A stretch of 64,000 nt of DNA from Candidatus Fraserbacteria bacterium (GTDB lineage: Bacteria; Bipolaricaulota; Bipolaricaulia; RBG-16-55-9; JAJCYT01): NCBI GenBank assembly GCA_029262795.1, contig JAJCYT010000026.1, positions 50,273-114,272 of the forward strand, given 5' to 3'. The notes beneath the pieces were generated by a model, which was given only the letters and a program-made list of their open reading frames with translations, made no database searches and was not told where the DNA came from. Shown here piece by piece: positions 39,024 through 48,245 of this stretch. The translations under genes were made by a program, and so were the position numbers. Positions within the stretch are counted from its first letter, which is position 1; the number at the start of each line of letters is the position of its first letter.

Positions 39024-39373
39024 TCAGCCACAACCACAGCCGCCAGAACCACAACCGCAACTGCCGGACTGTTCCTGATCTTTGGCTTCGTTGGGGTTTT
39101 CGATGTAAAAACCTTCGCCGTGTTCGCCGGACATAAAGTCCACTTTGGCACCGGCCAAAAGCGTTCCACTGTTGGCATCCACATAGAAGTTTACACCGTC
39201 GTATTCGAGGATGGTGTCGTCGTCACTGCCGTCCTGGGCCAGGAAAAAGCCGTATTTCATGCCACTGCAACAACCGTCTTGAGCCACGATGCGAAGACCG
39301 AAATCTTCTTTTTGTTCGCTTTTCAAATAGTCTTTTACAGCGTCAACCGCTTTTTCTGTAATAGTGATCATAA
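39024..39373 (-). CDS. IscA/HesB/ErpA-family A-type iron-sulfur carrier with an unusual Cys/Gly-rich C-terminal tail
   Basis: The start is MITITEKAVDAV... with an AAGGAG RBS. The IscA-like core is GCCSGMKYGF. The C-terminal tail is SGSCGCGSGGCGCG. Confidence 0.65.
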
Positions 39374-39487
39374 CGACACTCCTTAGTGATTTTCTAACAC
39401 TTATCATATCCCGAAAACATGACCAATGCAATGGAATTGACCGATGGAAAAGACTTTGGTAAAATGAAGAAAAAGAGACAGAGATTT

Positions 39488-39600
39488 TTTAAAAACTTCT
39501 AATCCTCCAACCTCCTTTTCCATAAAGGAGGCTACATTTGGGCCAAGCATGTTGTTTCTGCGCGTGATCATTGGTTCTTTGTGTAAGTTTGGTAGGAATT
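39488..39600. repeat. REP/MITE-like repeat, full-length forward copy
   Basis: TAATCCTCCAACCTCCTTTTCCATAAAGGAGGCTACATTTGGGCCAAGCATGTTG... The stem carries compensatory changes (CCTCC/GGAGG). Confidence 0.7.
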
Positions 39601-39872
39601 GAAAACCTTAAAAATTCTGCCTCGGAAAAATCCTGAACTCGTATTTCCCCCCAAACGAGTCGTTGTGTGATCCAATTTCGTGTTGGATTTTTACAGCGCG
39701 TTGATCGTCGTCATTTTTTACAAAATGGCAGCAACTTGGGACTCAAAATTTGGACGCCAGCGATTCCTATATCGTGGCTGTTTTTGTGTTGCAACTCCAC
39801 TGACTTGTTAATGGGTTGTCCTTAATTTTTATTCAAATCAATTTGAAAACGATTTTCATTTTCAAATTCAGC

Positions 39873-40095
39873 CTGTTGAAAACCCTGTTGAAAACTCGGC
39901 AAAATCTGTTGAAAACCTGTTCAAAACTTGGGGGCCAACTGTTGAAAACTCCTGTTGAAAACTCGGCTCCAGAGTTTTGCACAGGGGTTTTCAACAGGAA
40001 AGACAAAGTTTTGAACAGGTTTTGCACAGGGTTTTCAACAGGGTATACCTACTACAAACGCAGTTAGGTTGGAAAGTTCGGAAAGTTTTCAACAG
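39873..40095. promoter_or_regulatory. Cluster of 12 DnaA-box-like 9-mers (6 direct CTGTTGAAAAC-type, then 6 inverted GTTTTCAACAG or GTTTTGCACAG), a candidate oriC
   Basis: Direct copies start at 39873, 39885, 39906, 39917, 39939 and 39952. Inverted copies start at 39974, 39987, 40008, 40019, 40031 and 40085. The cores TTTTCAACA and TTTTGCACA are 1 mismatch from the TTTTCCACA box variant. Both flanks are AT-rich. The cluster is upstream of recF. Confidence 0.45.
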
Positions 40096-40225
40096 GCAGG
40101 GCCGCCCCTACTAAGACTACTACTTTATAAATAAAAAAACTTAGAGGCTTTTGTAGGAAGTCGTAAAATCGTAAGAAATTTTGATTCTCCATTTGAACCT
40201 GAGTAGACTCACTCAAGGAACACAC

Positions 40226-41329
40226 ATGAAATTATCCAAACTCTCTTTAAAGCAATTTCGTAACTTGGAACCTCTTTCTTTAGAACCTCATGAGAACCTC
40301 AACCTGATTGTGGGATTGAACGCCTCTGGGAAGACCAATCTTTGTGAGGCACTCTTTTATGCATCTAGGGGACAGTTGTTGAAAGGCGAACGTCAAAGAG
40401 AAATCATCAATTGGGATTGTCAGTGGAGTACTTTAAACCTCGAAGTTGGTTCTGAACACATTCGTATTGTCATGGACAACCATGAACAGACAAAAACTTT
40501 AGAACTCAGTGGAGAACTTGTTAAACAACAGGATCTGTTTGATGTCTTCAAAGTCCTTATCTTTACGCCAGACGATTTACAGATTGTCAAAGGCAGCCCT
40601 TCCAAAAGACGTCGAATGTTAGATCGAAGTATCGCCGATTTGGATGTGGCCTATCGTAAAGCGTTGCTGAATTATGAACAGGTTTTGAAACGAAAGAATA
40701 TTCTCTTGCGTCGAGATCGACCTGATCCTGAACTCCTTTCTGTCTATCAACAGCAGCTAGTGGAGCATGGGACACAATTGGTTCGCCAACGTCTTTTATA
40801 TCTGAATGAATTGAACAAGTATTTGAGCGTATTTCATCAGGAATTGAATCAGGCCAAGAAACCATTGTTTCTCAAATATGAAAGTGACGTGCCTTATGAC
40901 GGCAATGTGCCACAGCAGCTAGAAGAGGCACTGAAGAATGCTCACCAAAAAGAAATTGATCGGCGTATGAGCTTGATTGGTCCGCATCGGGATGATGTGT
41001 GTTTTGACATCGAAGGCATGGATGTTCGCCGGTACGGTTCCCAGGGTCAGCAGAAGACTGCGTTGATTGCGCTCAAGCTCGCGCAACTGGAGTTGTTTAA
41101 AGAACGCTTGGGTGAATACCCTGTGCTTATTCTCGATGACGTTCTGAGCGAATTAGACCCTGAACGTACTCAGATGCTGCTCAATCATCTGCCACAGGAT
41201 TTACAACTTTTTTTGACGGAGACAGATTTGAGTGATCCATTGGTCGAACGAGCTGGAAAGGTGTTTCGTATCAGCCACGGCCAGATTGAAGAATTGTCGA
41301 AAGAAGAATTATGCCCATCCCAGAACTAG
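40226..41329 (+). CDS. recF: DNA replication and repair protein RecF
   Basis: MKLSKLSLKQFRNLEPLSLEPHENLNLIVGLNASGKTNLCEALF contains the Walker A motif and the canonical RecF N-terminus. A C-terminal signature region is present. Confidence 0.85.
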   Translation: MKLSKLSLKQFRNLEPLSLEPHENLNLIVGLNASGKTNLCEALFYASRGQLLKGERQREIINWDCQWSTLNLEVGSEHIRIVMDNHEQTKTLELSGELVKQQDLFDVFKVLIFTPDDLQIVKGSPSKRRRMLDRSIADLDVAYRKALLNYEQVLKRKNILLRRDRPDPELLSVYQQQLVEHGTQLVRQRLLYLNELNKYLSVFHQELNQAKKPLFLKYESDVPYDGNVPQQLEEALKNAHQKEIDRRMSLIGPHRDDVCFDIEGMDVRRYGSQGQQKTALIALKLAQLELFKERLGEYPVLILDDVLSELDPERTQMLLNHLPQDLQLFLTETDLSDPLVERAGKVFRISHGQIEELSKEELCPSQN

Positions 41330-41859
41330 AAAATATTTTTGCAGCGTATGGTTTAAAAGATGCTTTTTATGAGCAGGAAGCCTTGTTTCACTGGGAAGAA
41401 GTTGTGGGACCAAATACCGCGCGATTGACGGAACCACTCAGTGTCAGTCAGGGTGTACTTTATGTTCAGGTAGGGAATCACGTGTTTGCACAGGAATTTA
41501 CATTGTTGCGCGAAACCTGGCTGGACATTTTGAATCAAAGATTGAAGCAGCCGCTCAAAGACATTCGCTTCAAAGTTGCAAAAGTGGACAAACCGAAACC
41601 GCCGCCGAAGTTACCCAGTGTTGATGAGATTGATCTGGATGAAAGCGAGCAAGCAGACGTTGAGTCTCTGTTTGAAGGGCTTGAGGATGACTCGTTGAAA
41701 CAAGCGTTCATGAAGATTTATGAAACGCAGCAAAAAGCTGAGAAAATCCGAGCGGATTTGGAGAATCAGAAGCAGTGCCCCAGTTGCCAGATGTATCACG
41801 ATGGAGATGGATTAATGTGTCCCTTTTGTGTGTTGGAAGGTAAGACATATCCGTCCTAA
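41311..41859 (+). CDS. DUF721-domain protein with a C-terminal zinc ribbon
   Basis: It lies immediately downstream of and overlapping recF, as in the typical recF to DUF721 synteny. The motifs are GVLYVQVGNHVFAQEF and a C-terminal CPSC...CPFC. Confidence 0.65.
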   Translation: MPIPELENIFAAYGLKDAFYEQEALFHWEEVVGPNTARLTEPLSVSQGVLYVQVGNHVFAQEFTLLRETWLDILNQRLKQPLKDIRFKVAKVDKPKPPPKLPSVDEIDLDESEQADVESLFEGLEDDSLKQAFMKIYETQQKAEKIRADLENQKQCPSCQMYHDGDGLMCPFCVLEGKTYPS

Positions 41860-41936
41860 GCCATAGAACTTTATCTGAAGGATAACGCCCGATTAGAAAA
41901 CCCTTCTTGAGGCAGAACATGCCAACGAAGCCCAAT

Positions 41937-41985
41937 TGTAGCCCCCTTTAGTAAAGGGGCTGGGGGATTTGAAGTCTTTTATATT
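41937..41985. repeat. REP/MITE-like repeat copy (reverse)
   Basis: TGTAGCCCCCTTTAGTAAAGGGGCTGGGGGATTTGAAGTC. Confidence 0.65.
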
Positions 41986-42086
41986 TTAGCTGTTCATCTG
42001 TTCAAAAAGCCACTAGAAAAAACGTTTTATAGAGTATCAAAAATATTTGATTTATATAGAGCATGATGTATAGTGATTATGGTATG

Positions 42087-43241
42087 AGAATTGGTTTGTT
42101 TACGGACACATACGCGCCTCAGATCAATGGGGTGACGACAGTCGTCCAGATGATGCAAAAAGAATTTAAGGCGCTCGGCCATGAACCGATTGTGTTTGCG
42201 CCATCGTATCCTGACCAGCCTGAAACGGAAGGGCCAGAGGTTTGGCGTTTTCCCAGTCGGCAGGTGAACTTTCATCCTGAAAGCCGGATGACCTGGCCAT
42301 ATCGCCGTAAGGTGCCATCAATTCTATCTGAGCTTGATATTATCCACAGCCACACGCCATTTTCAGTTGGGTTGTTGGGCCTTTGGGCATCCCGTCATTA
42401 CAACATTCCTCATGTGCATACCTATCACACATTTTTTACGGAATATCGCCATTACATCCCTCGCCCTATTAGACCTACAAAGAAGATGACTGAACGCATC
42501 AGTCGGGCGTTTTGTAATCGTTGTGAGCTAATTCTTGCGCCATCTGAAGAAATGAAACAGGAGTTGGACAATTACGAATTTTCCACCCCTGTACTGGCCA
42601 TGCCGTTTGGGATTGATTTGGATACGTTTAGTCAACCGATTCGTCGTGATTTGAAGAAAAATTTAAATCTGAGCAGCGAGACCAAAGTGCTGTTGACCGC
42701 AGGTCGTTTAGGGCCGGAGAAGAATTTTTCTTTTGTACTGGATTCGTTTGCCCAACTGAAGCAAAAACTCGACGATGTGGTGTTGGTGATCGCTGGCGAT
42801 GGAGCTGCACGGCAGGATTTAGAGCAACAGGCTGCGAAACTTGGTATTCAGAAATCTGTCATCTTTTTGGGCTATGTGGATCGTTCCGAATTGGTGGATT
42901 ATTATCCTCAAGCTGATTTGTTTGTGTTTGCCTCAAAGACGGAAACACAAGGCATCGTACTATTAGAATCCCAAGCTTCAGGCACTCCTGTGGTGGCCAT
43001 CGGAGAGATGGGTGTGTTGGATGTGGTCAATGACGCCCAGAGTGGTTATTTGGTCAATGAAGATTTGGATGCGTTTACAGCTTCCGTGTTTGAGCTGTTG
43101 ACAGATGATGAAAAATACAAAGTGTTCAGCAAAAGCGCATTTGAGTTGGCTCAAAAACACAGTGCACAAAAAACATGTGAAGAGTTAATGAAAAAATACG
43201 AACAATTGCTCAATCACTCCGCAGCAGTGCCGATATCTTAA
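42087..43241 (+). CDS. GT4-family glycosyltransferase
   Basis: The N-terminal motif is MRIGLFTDTYAPQINGV. The GT4 C-terminal signature is E(S/T)QGIVLLE...G.PVVA. An upstream ATG at 42063 is possible. Confidence 0.75.
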   Translation, partial: RIGLFTDTYAPQINGVTTVVQMMQKEFKALGHEPIVFAPSYPDQPETEGPEVWRFPSRQVNFHPESRMTWPYRRKVPSILSELDIIHSHTPFSVGLLGLWASRHYNIPHVHTYHTFFTEYRHYIPRPIRPTKKMTERISRAFCNRCELILAPSEEMKQELDNYEFSTPVLAMPFGIDLDTFSQPIRRDLKKNLNLSSETKVLLTAGRLGPEKNFSFVLDSFAQLKQKLDDVVLVIAGDGAARQDLEQQAAKLGIQKSVIFLGYVDRSELVDYYPQADLFVFASKTETQGIVLLESQASGTPVVAIGEMGVLDVVNDAQSGYLVNEDLDAFTASVFELLTDDEKYKVFSKSAFELAQKHSAQKTCEELMKKYEQLLNHSAAVPIS

Positions 43242-43412
43242 TCGAAATGTTTGGACTGTTTTTCGAGCAGTTCAATCAAGTGATCCATCTGGCCAATCAG
43301 TTTGTCTCGCGTTTCAGCAATGGTTTCTGTGGCTTTCATGGTACGGTAGAGCATGTAGCACAAAATTAAAAAACCAATCAATACGGGCGCACCTAACAAT
43401 AAAGGGTCCATA
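43238..43412 (-). CDS. Small hypothetical membrane protein (58 aa)
   Basis: The sequence is MDPLLLGAPVLIGFLILCYMLYRTMKATETIAETRDKLIGQMDHLIELLEKQSKHFD. It has one TM helix plus an amphipathic helix. It is below the ORF-track length cutoff. Confidence 0.3.
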
Positions 43413-43591
43413 AAAAAATCCTTTCATCCCCTGACAAATGAGATTAGTATCACACATTCCGTAACGTCTTTTCTGTAACGCGATTCACGATTATTTGGAA
43501 GATAAAGTAAGAGAGCTTGAGGTTTACAATTCATCCAGACATGATGTTTATATAAAAGATGCTGTGTTCAAAAGAGAGGGTGTCTTAATCC

Positions 43592-44374
43592 ATGTGGACG
43601 TTTTTATTGCTCGGACTCATCCAAGGGTTGACTGAGTTTTTGCCAATCTCCAGTTCCGGCCACCTTGCGTTGACAGAAGCCTGGTTGAATGTGGAAAAGC
43701 CTGGGTTGTTGTTCGATGCGCTGGTTCATGTGGGCACAGTTGGCTCAGTCATTTTCTTTTATCGCAAGCGATTTTTTGAATTGTTGAAAAGCCCATTTTC
43801 TGAGTCTTCAATGCTGTGGTGGCGAACGTTGTTTCTGGCCATGCTGCCAACCGTGGTGATTGGGTTTACGATGAAAGAGTTGGTTGAAACTGCGTTTGAA
43901 ACACCTGCCATGGTGGCCACTGGGTTGTTGTTTACAGGGATCATTCTTTTTAGTAGTCCGCGCTGGATTAAGGAAAATCGTGAATTGAAAAATCTTTCGA
44001 TTTGGCAGCTTTTTACAATTGGTCTGGCTCAGGGATTGGCTATTTTTCCAGGCGTGTCACGAAGTGGCATGACCATTGCGGCCGCCCTGCTGGTGGGCTT
44101 AAAGCGAGAACAAGCGGCAGAATTTTCTTTTTTGCTGGCGATCCCCGCGATTCTGGGAGCGACCACTTTGCAAATAATTGAGGCATTGGACAATTGGGAT
44201 GCTCACACTGCATTGCTGAGCAATTACGCAGGGGGTGCTGCGGTTGCCCTCATCTCTGGTGTGATTGCGATTGGGCTGATGATTCGTGTGTTACAGCAGG
44301 GGCGGCTTCGATTGTTTGCCTACTACTGCTGGTTGTTGGGCATCGGTGTGCTGGCTTGGGTGTTGTGGGCTTAA
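43592..44374 (+). CDS. uppP: Undecaprenyl-diphosphatase
   Basis: LIQGLTEFLPISSSGHLAL is a BacA/UppP signature. The second motif, PGVSRSGMTI, is present. Confidence 0.88.
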   Translation: MWTFLLLGLIQGLTEFLPISSSGHLALTEAWLNVEKPGLLFDALVHVGTVGSVIFFYRKRFFELLKSPFSESSMLWWRTLFLAMLPTVVIGFTMKELVETAFETPAMVATGLLFTGIILFSSPRWIKENRELKNLSIWQLFTIGLAQGLAIFPGVSRSGMTIAAALLVGLKREQAAEFSFLLAIPAILGATTLQIIEALDNWDAHTALLSNYAGGAAVALISGVIAIGLMIRVLQQGRLRLFAYYCWLLGIGVLAWVLWA

Positions 44375-45147
44375 AGGTCGACAGCTTCTTCTCGTGGGCC
44401 ACCGTACATAAAACCAAGTACCATCCCAAAAATGAGATGGCCAATTAAAGAGACAGTCAAAATAGTGCTTTGATCATCTCCCATGTTTGAGGCAAAGAAT
44501 CCAGCATCCATCATCGTCATTACCATAGATTGCATGATTAACCAAACGATAAAACCAAAGGCCGCTCCACGCAAAATGGGTGGTCGGGTTTTGAAATATT
44601 TTGAAAAAGAAAGTGCAAATACAATCCCTAAAGTCGCACCAACAACCAGATGGATGAGCCAGCCCACAGGCAGCTCAATTTGTGAGCCAGTTTGGCTGGT
44701 TAAGAAAGCGGCTAAATCTTTAGGTGGGTCTATTTTGGCGGAATCAGGAGCTGTATTAATGCCAATAGTCACATAGAAAATGCTCATGGCCAGTGTGCCA
44801 ACAAAACCTACAAAGATTGCCCAGAGCCAGCGGACGCCCTTAAATATGGATGGTTTTGTATCATGAGTTGGTGTGCTAAATCCTTCTGTTGTTGTGGAAG
44901 CTGAAACAGGTGCAGACACTTGGGATGTTGATTCAAATTGATCGGCATCCGTCGGTGATATCACAGGTGGAATAAGTTCTTGTGCACGTCGATCCGGTCG
45001 ACGGCTGCGGCGAGGTTTGGGTTTGTGAATGGCTTCCACAATCAGCAAACCGCCTAAAATAATGACGGTAAAGACAAGAGCATAAATGGCGTCTTTCATA
45101 TTGAATTCTGTGGCTTGGAATAAAAACAAAAATCTATCGAGTATCAT
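44371..45147 (-). CDS. Hypothetical membrane protein
   Basis: It is polytopic with a Ser/Thr/Pro-rich linker. The start is chosen at MILDRF, which has a GGAGG RBS. Confidence 0.45.
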   Translation of the reverse strand: MILDRFLFLFQATEFNMKDAIYALVFTVIILGGLLIVEAIHKPKPRRSRRPDRRAQELIPPVISPTDADQFESTSQVSAPVSASTTTEGFSTPTHDTKPSIFKGVRWLWAIFVGFVGTLAMSIFYVTIGINTAPDSAKIDPPKDLAAFLTSQTGSQIELPVGWLIHLVVGATLGIVFALSFSKYFKTRPPILRGAAFGFIVWLIMQSMVMTMMDAGFFASNMGDDQSTILTVSLIGHLIFGMVLGFMYGGPREEAVDL

Positions 45148-45376
45148 CAAAGCATCCTCCTGCGGTTCAGTCAGCACAATTTCAATAATTATAAGTTCAA
45201 GTTTAGGCCAGCGACCTAAAGTGATTGTGTAACCATGAACACGATTTTCCGTGCAACCATTATAACAGTAGATGATTGCAAACTCTCACCAAACCCTCAC
45301 CAATCGTGCAGATGATCTTCATGTTGGCCCCATAAGCTATGGGCATAAGAACGCTTGTGAGAAAGGAAACAACAAC

Positions 45377-46072
45377 ATGAAACGTACAACAATCACTTTA
45401 GGAATCATTGCTTTGATGACAGTTATGCTGCTGCCTTTAACGGGTGTGGCTCAGGAGGAAGAAATGTCCGAACGCCAAGCTGCAAGAATGATGCAAATGG
45501 AAAACAGATTGCTGATTGCCATTAACAGTTCCGGCCTGAGTTTGGAACAGCTTCAGACATTACAGGCTGCTATTCCTCCCGTTCAGGCTGCCAGAACAGA
45601 GGCGCAAGCTGCACAACAAGTGGTTCACGATTTCTTGGTTGGATATACAGGCACCGCTGAAGAATTTGAAGCTGCGTTTGAAGCTGTCCGCACCGAAGCA
45701 CAAACCGCTTTTGAAAACGTTCGCACTCAGATGCAGGCTTATGAACAGACCTTTGGTGACACGTTAACCGCCAATCAAGCCCAAGCCTTTAGAGAAGCTT
45801 TGGCTCCACAGCGCGGTGACCGGGCAGGACAGGGTCGCTTTGGTAATCGAGATGGCGGCCCTCAGCAGCAACAGCAAGGCGAACGCGGTCCACGCTTCGG
45901 TGGTCCGGCCAATGACAGTGAACAAGGCCAACGCCCTGACTTTCAGCAGCGTGGTCGTGGCGGGTTTGGTCAGCGCGGTGGTCCAGGTGGCCGAGGGCCA
46001 CAGGGCATGTTTGGCAACCTCGATGTGCTTGAATCCGTATTGAACGCAAAGATTGAAGCGTTACAAAGTTAA
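45377..46072 (+). CDS. Periplasmic LTXXQ-motif protein (Spy/CpxP-like) with a Gly/Gln/Arg-rich C-terminal tail
   Basis: It has a signal peptide. The LTXXQ-like motifs are LSLEQLQTLQ and LTANQAQAFREAL. A low-complexity GQGRFG...RGGPGGRG tail follows. Confidence 0.45.
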   Translation: MKRTTITLGIIALMTVMLLPLTGVAQEEEMSERQAARMMQMENRLLIAINSSGLSLEQLQTLQAAIPPVQAARTEAQAAQQVVHDFLVGYTGTAEEFEAAFEAVRTEAQTAFENVRTQMQAYEQTFGDTLTANQAQAFREALAPQRGDRAGQGRFGNRDGGPQQQQQGERGPRFGGPANDSEQGQRPDFQQRGRGGFGQRGGPGGRGPQGMFGNLDVLESVLNAKIEALQS

Positions 46073-46109
46073 TAAAACCGAGACGCTTTTTAGACCTCTT
46101 TATATGAAA

Positions 46110-46145
46110 GGGATGGAACTTCGGTTCCGTCCCTTTTCTATTTTG
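46110..46145 (+). terminator. Rho-independent terminator
   Basis: GGGATGGAAC-ttcg-GTTCCGTCCC is followed by TTTTCTATTTT. Confidence 0.75.
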
Positions 46146-46257
46146 TAAGTCTATTGGGCGAATGTGGTCGAAGCCTGCTCTACGCGGTAATGATCGGTGG
46201 TGAGACTTCCAGTAAGAATTATAGTTTGAATGAAGCAGGATCAGGTTCTCGCAGTCT

Positions 46258-46322
46258 TAACCGTAGCCCCCTTTCGATGAGGAAGGGGCTCCCTTCTTGG
46301 AAGGGGGTTGGGGGTTAGGTTG
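46258..46322. repeat. REP/MITE-like repeat copy (reverse, with a nested hairpin)
   Basis: CCGTAGCCCCCTTTCGATGAGGAAGGGGCTCCCTTCTTGGAAGGGGGTTGGGGGTTAGG. Confidence 0.6.
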
Positions 46323-46349
46323 CACAGTGAATGAAAACCTTTCTATAAT
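46320..46349 (+). promoter_or_regulatory. Sigma70-type promoter (TTGCAC, 18 bp, TATAAT) upstream of frr
   Basis: The hexamers are separated by 18 bp. It lies 18 bp upstream of the frr start. Confidence 0.45.
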
Positions 46350-46366
46350 CCAGGCGAGGTGATGCT

Positions 46367-46927
46367 ATGAGCGTTGATCCATTGTTGACCGATGCAGAAG
46401 AACACATGCAAAAAAGCTTACACGTGTTGGAAGAAGATCTTTCAAAAATCAGTACGGGGCGCGCAAACCCTGCGATTATCGAAGATGTGAGCGTGGATTA
46501 TTATGGGGCGGCCACCCCGTTGAAGCACATGGCCAACATCTCTGCGCCTGAAGCGGATACGTTGTTGATTCGCCCATTTGATGCACAGCAAAAACAGGTG
46601 ATTGAAAAGGCGATTCTGGAATCCAATCTTGGGTTTAATCCATCCGTTGAAGATGATGTGGTGCGTATCAAAGTGCCCATGTTAACGGCTGAGCGACGTG
46701 AGCAGTTGATCAAGGTGGTGCATGAACGCGGTGAGGAATCGAAAGTGGCCATTCGCAACATCCGTCGTCATACCAAAGATGATTTGGAAAAGATGAAAAA
46801 CGATGGAGAATTGCCCGAAGATGATTTGCATCGAGAGCTGAGCGCCTTGGATGATTTGACCCACAATTACTGTGACAAGGTGGATGAACACGTTGCCAAT
46901 AAAGACAAGCAGCTAAAAACGGTTTGA
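46367..46927 (+). CDS. frr: Ribosome recycling factor
   Basis: The 186-aa protein MSVDPLLTDAEEHMQKSLHVLEEDLSKISTGRANPAIIEDV matches Frr throughout. Confidence 0.9.
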   Translation: MSVDPLLTDAEEHMQKSLHVLEEDLSKISTGRANPAIIEDVSVDYYGAATPLKHMANISAPEADTLLIRPFDAQQKQVIEKAILESNLGFNPSVEDDVVRIKVPMLTAERREQLIKVVHERGEESKVAIRNIRRHTKDDLEKMKNDGELPEDDLHRELSALDDLTHNYCDKVDEHVANKDKQLKTV

Positions 46928-47121
46928 AACTGAATTTATCGCTTGGTACAATGCCGATGGCAGGCAGGGGCCGATGCTTGAGGGTTGCAAAAGTTCGCTT
47001 CTGCTAACAAAAAGTTTAAATTGAAAAACAGGGTCTGCAATGCTGTGAGTAGGGTTTCAGGGATGCAGGGTCACTTTTTGATTGCCAATCTAAATTTTGG
47101 AGAGGGAAAGCTACAGCTTTC

Positions 47122-47529
47122 GTGCAAACAATGAGTGAGCGTACACATGATGGCTTTGCTGAGCTGGTGGCCTTGAAGCTCAGTGTTCCCACATTGTTGT
47201 TCATTTCCCTGGTGTTGTTGAATTGGGAAATCTCTTGGTCTTTGGGATTCATTCTTGGGGGCGCGGGAGGTTTGTTGGGTTCGTACTTTACCTGGATGCA
47301 CTGGCAGAAACTCTCTGAAAAGTCCGAAAACAAATCTGAAGGTCAATTTCATCAATCCGCTTGGGGCGGCGCCCTGGCCAGCGTGGTCTTGATGGCAGTG
47401 GTATTGTTTGTCAGTGCCTCAACCCCATGGCTGGATCTGTTTGCTGCTGCGGCAGGGTTATTTGTGACAAAAATATTTATTGGGTTGACACCTTTCCTAC
47501 GGAGGACGCATGGATCACATCGGTCTTGA
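47122..47529 (+). CDS. ATP synthase protein I-like small membrane protein
   Basis: It is hydrophobic with 3 to 4 TM helices. Its position is immediately upstream of atpB. Confidence 0.45.
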   Translation: MQTMSERTHDGFAELVALKLSVPTLLFISLVLLNWEISWSLGFILGGAGGLLGSYFTWMHWQKLSEKSENKSEGQFHQSAWGGALASVVLMAVVLFVSASTPWLDLFAAAAGLFVTKIFIGLTPFLRRTHGSHRS

Positions 47530-48244
47530 GATGGTATGGGGTTACTTTACAGACCCCAATGACCCTAGCACTTTTATTCCACTATTGGACGCTCGAATGC
47601 TGGTGATGTCGTGGATTTCGATGCTGATTATTATTTTCGGCTCACTGGTGCTGCGACGCGGGATGAAGTTCAATCGCGATTTTGAAGACGTGCCTTCCAA
47701 ATCTCAGGCATTTTTGGAAATCCTCTTGAAGGGGTTGCATACGCAACTGGCCGGTGGGTTTCAGTCCAACAAGGTGGGCGAACAATTGTTCCCTATGTTG
47801 GCCACTTTGGGGGTTTACATTCTGTTCCTCAACTGGCTGGCACTGATTCCGGGCATGGCCTCTCCAACGGAAACGGTGAACATTCCCATCAGTTTGGGCT
47901 TGTTTATTTTTGTGCTGTCGCACTATTACCGAATTAAGCTCAATGGCCCAATTGGTTATTTAAAGAGCTATATGGAAGCGCCTGGCGTGATGGGCGTCAT
48001 CATGATTCCACTCAGCATTGTGGGTGAAATTGCCCGACCGATTTCCCACTCGTTCCGTCTTTACGGAAACTTGATGGGTGGGGCCATTCTTTTATTGGTG
48101 ATTGCCAATCTGGTGCCGCTTTGGGTGGTGCCGTTGCACACGTTCTTGAACTTCTTCTACATCTTATTCGTGGGTGGCATTCAGGCAATGGTGTTCACGT
48201 TGCTGTCCGTGGCCTATATCGGCATGGCGGAGGGGGATCACTAA
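47510..48244 (+). CDS. atpB: F0 ATP synthase subunit a
   Basis: FRLYGNLMGG is the essential-Arg motif region. The protein is 244 aa with 5 to 6 TM helices. Confidence 0.85.
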   Translation: MDHIGLEMVWGYFTDPNDPSTFIPLLDARMLVMSWISMLIIIFGSLVLRRGMKFNRDFEDVPSKSQAFLEILLKGLHTQLAGGFQSNKVGEQLFPMLATLGVYILFLNWLALIPGMASPTETVNIPISLGLFIFVLSHYYRIKLNGPIGYLKSYMEAPGVMGVIMIPLSIVGEIARPISHSFRLYGNLMGGAILLLVIANLVPLWVVPLHTFLNFFYILFVGGIQAMVFTLLSVAYIGMAEGDH

Positions 48245-48245
48245 A

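Noticed and set aside
39816-40067. Short ORFs (83 and 64 aa) and a CRISPR-like appearance of the repeated 11-mers
   Set aside because: These ORFs are translations of the 11-bp repeat array. The array has irregular spacers of 1 to 43 bp, both orientations, no cas genes and repeats far shorter than CRISPR repeats, so it is not a CRISPR.
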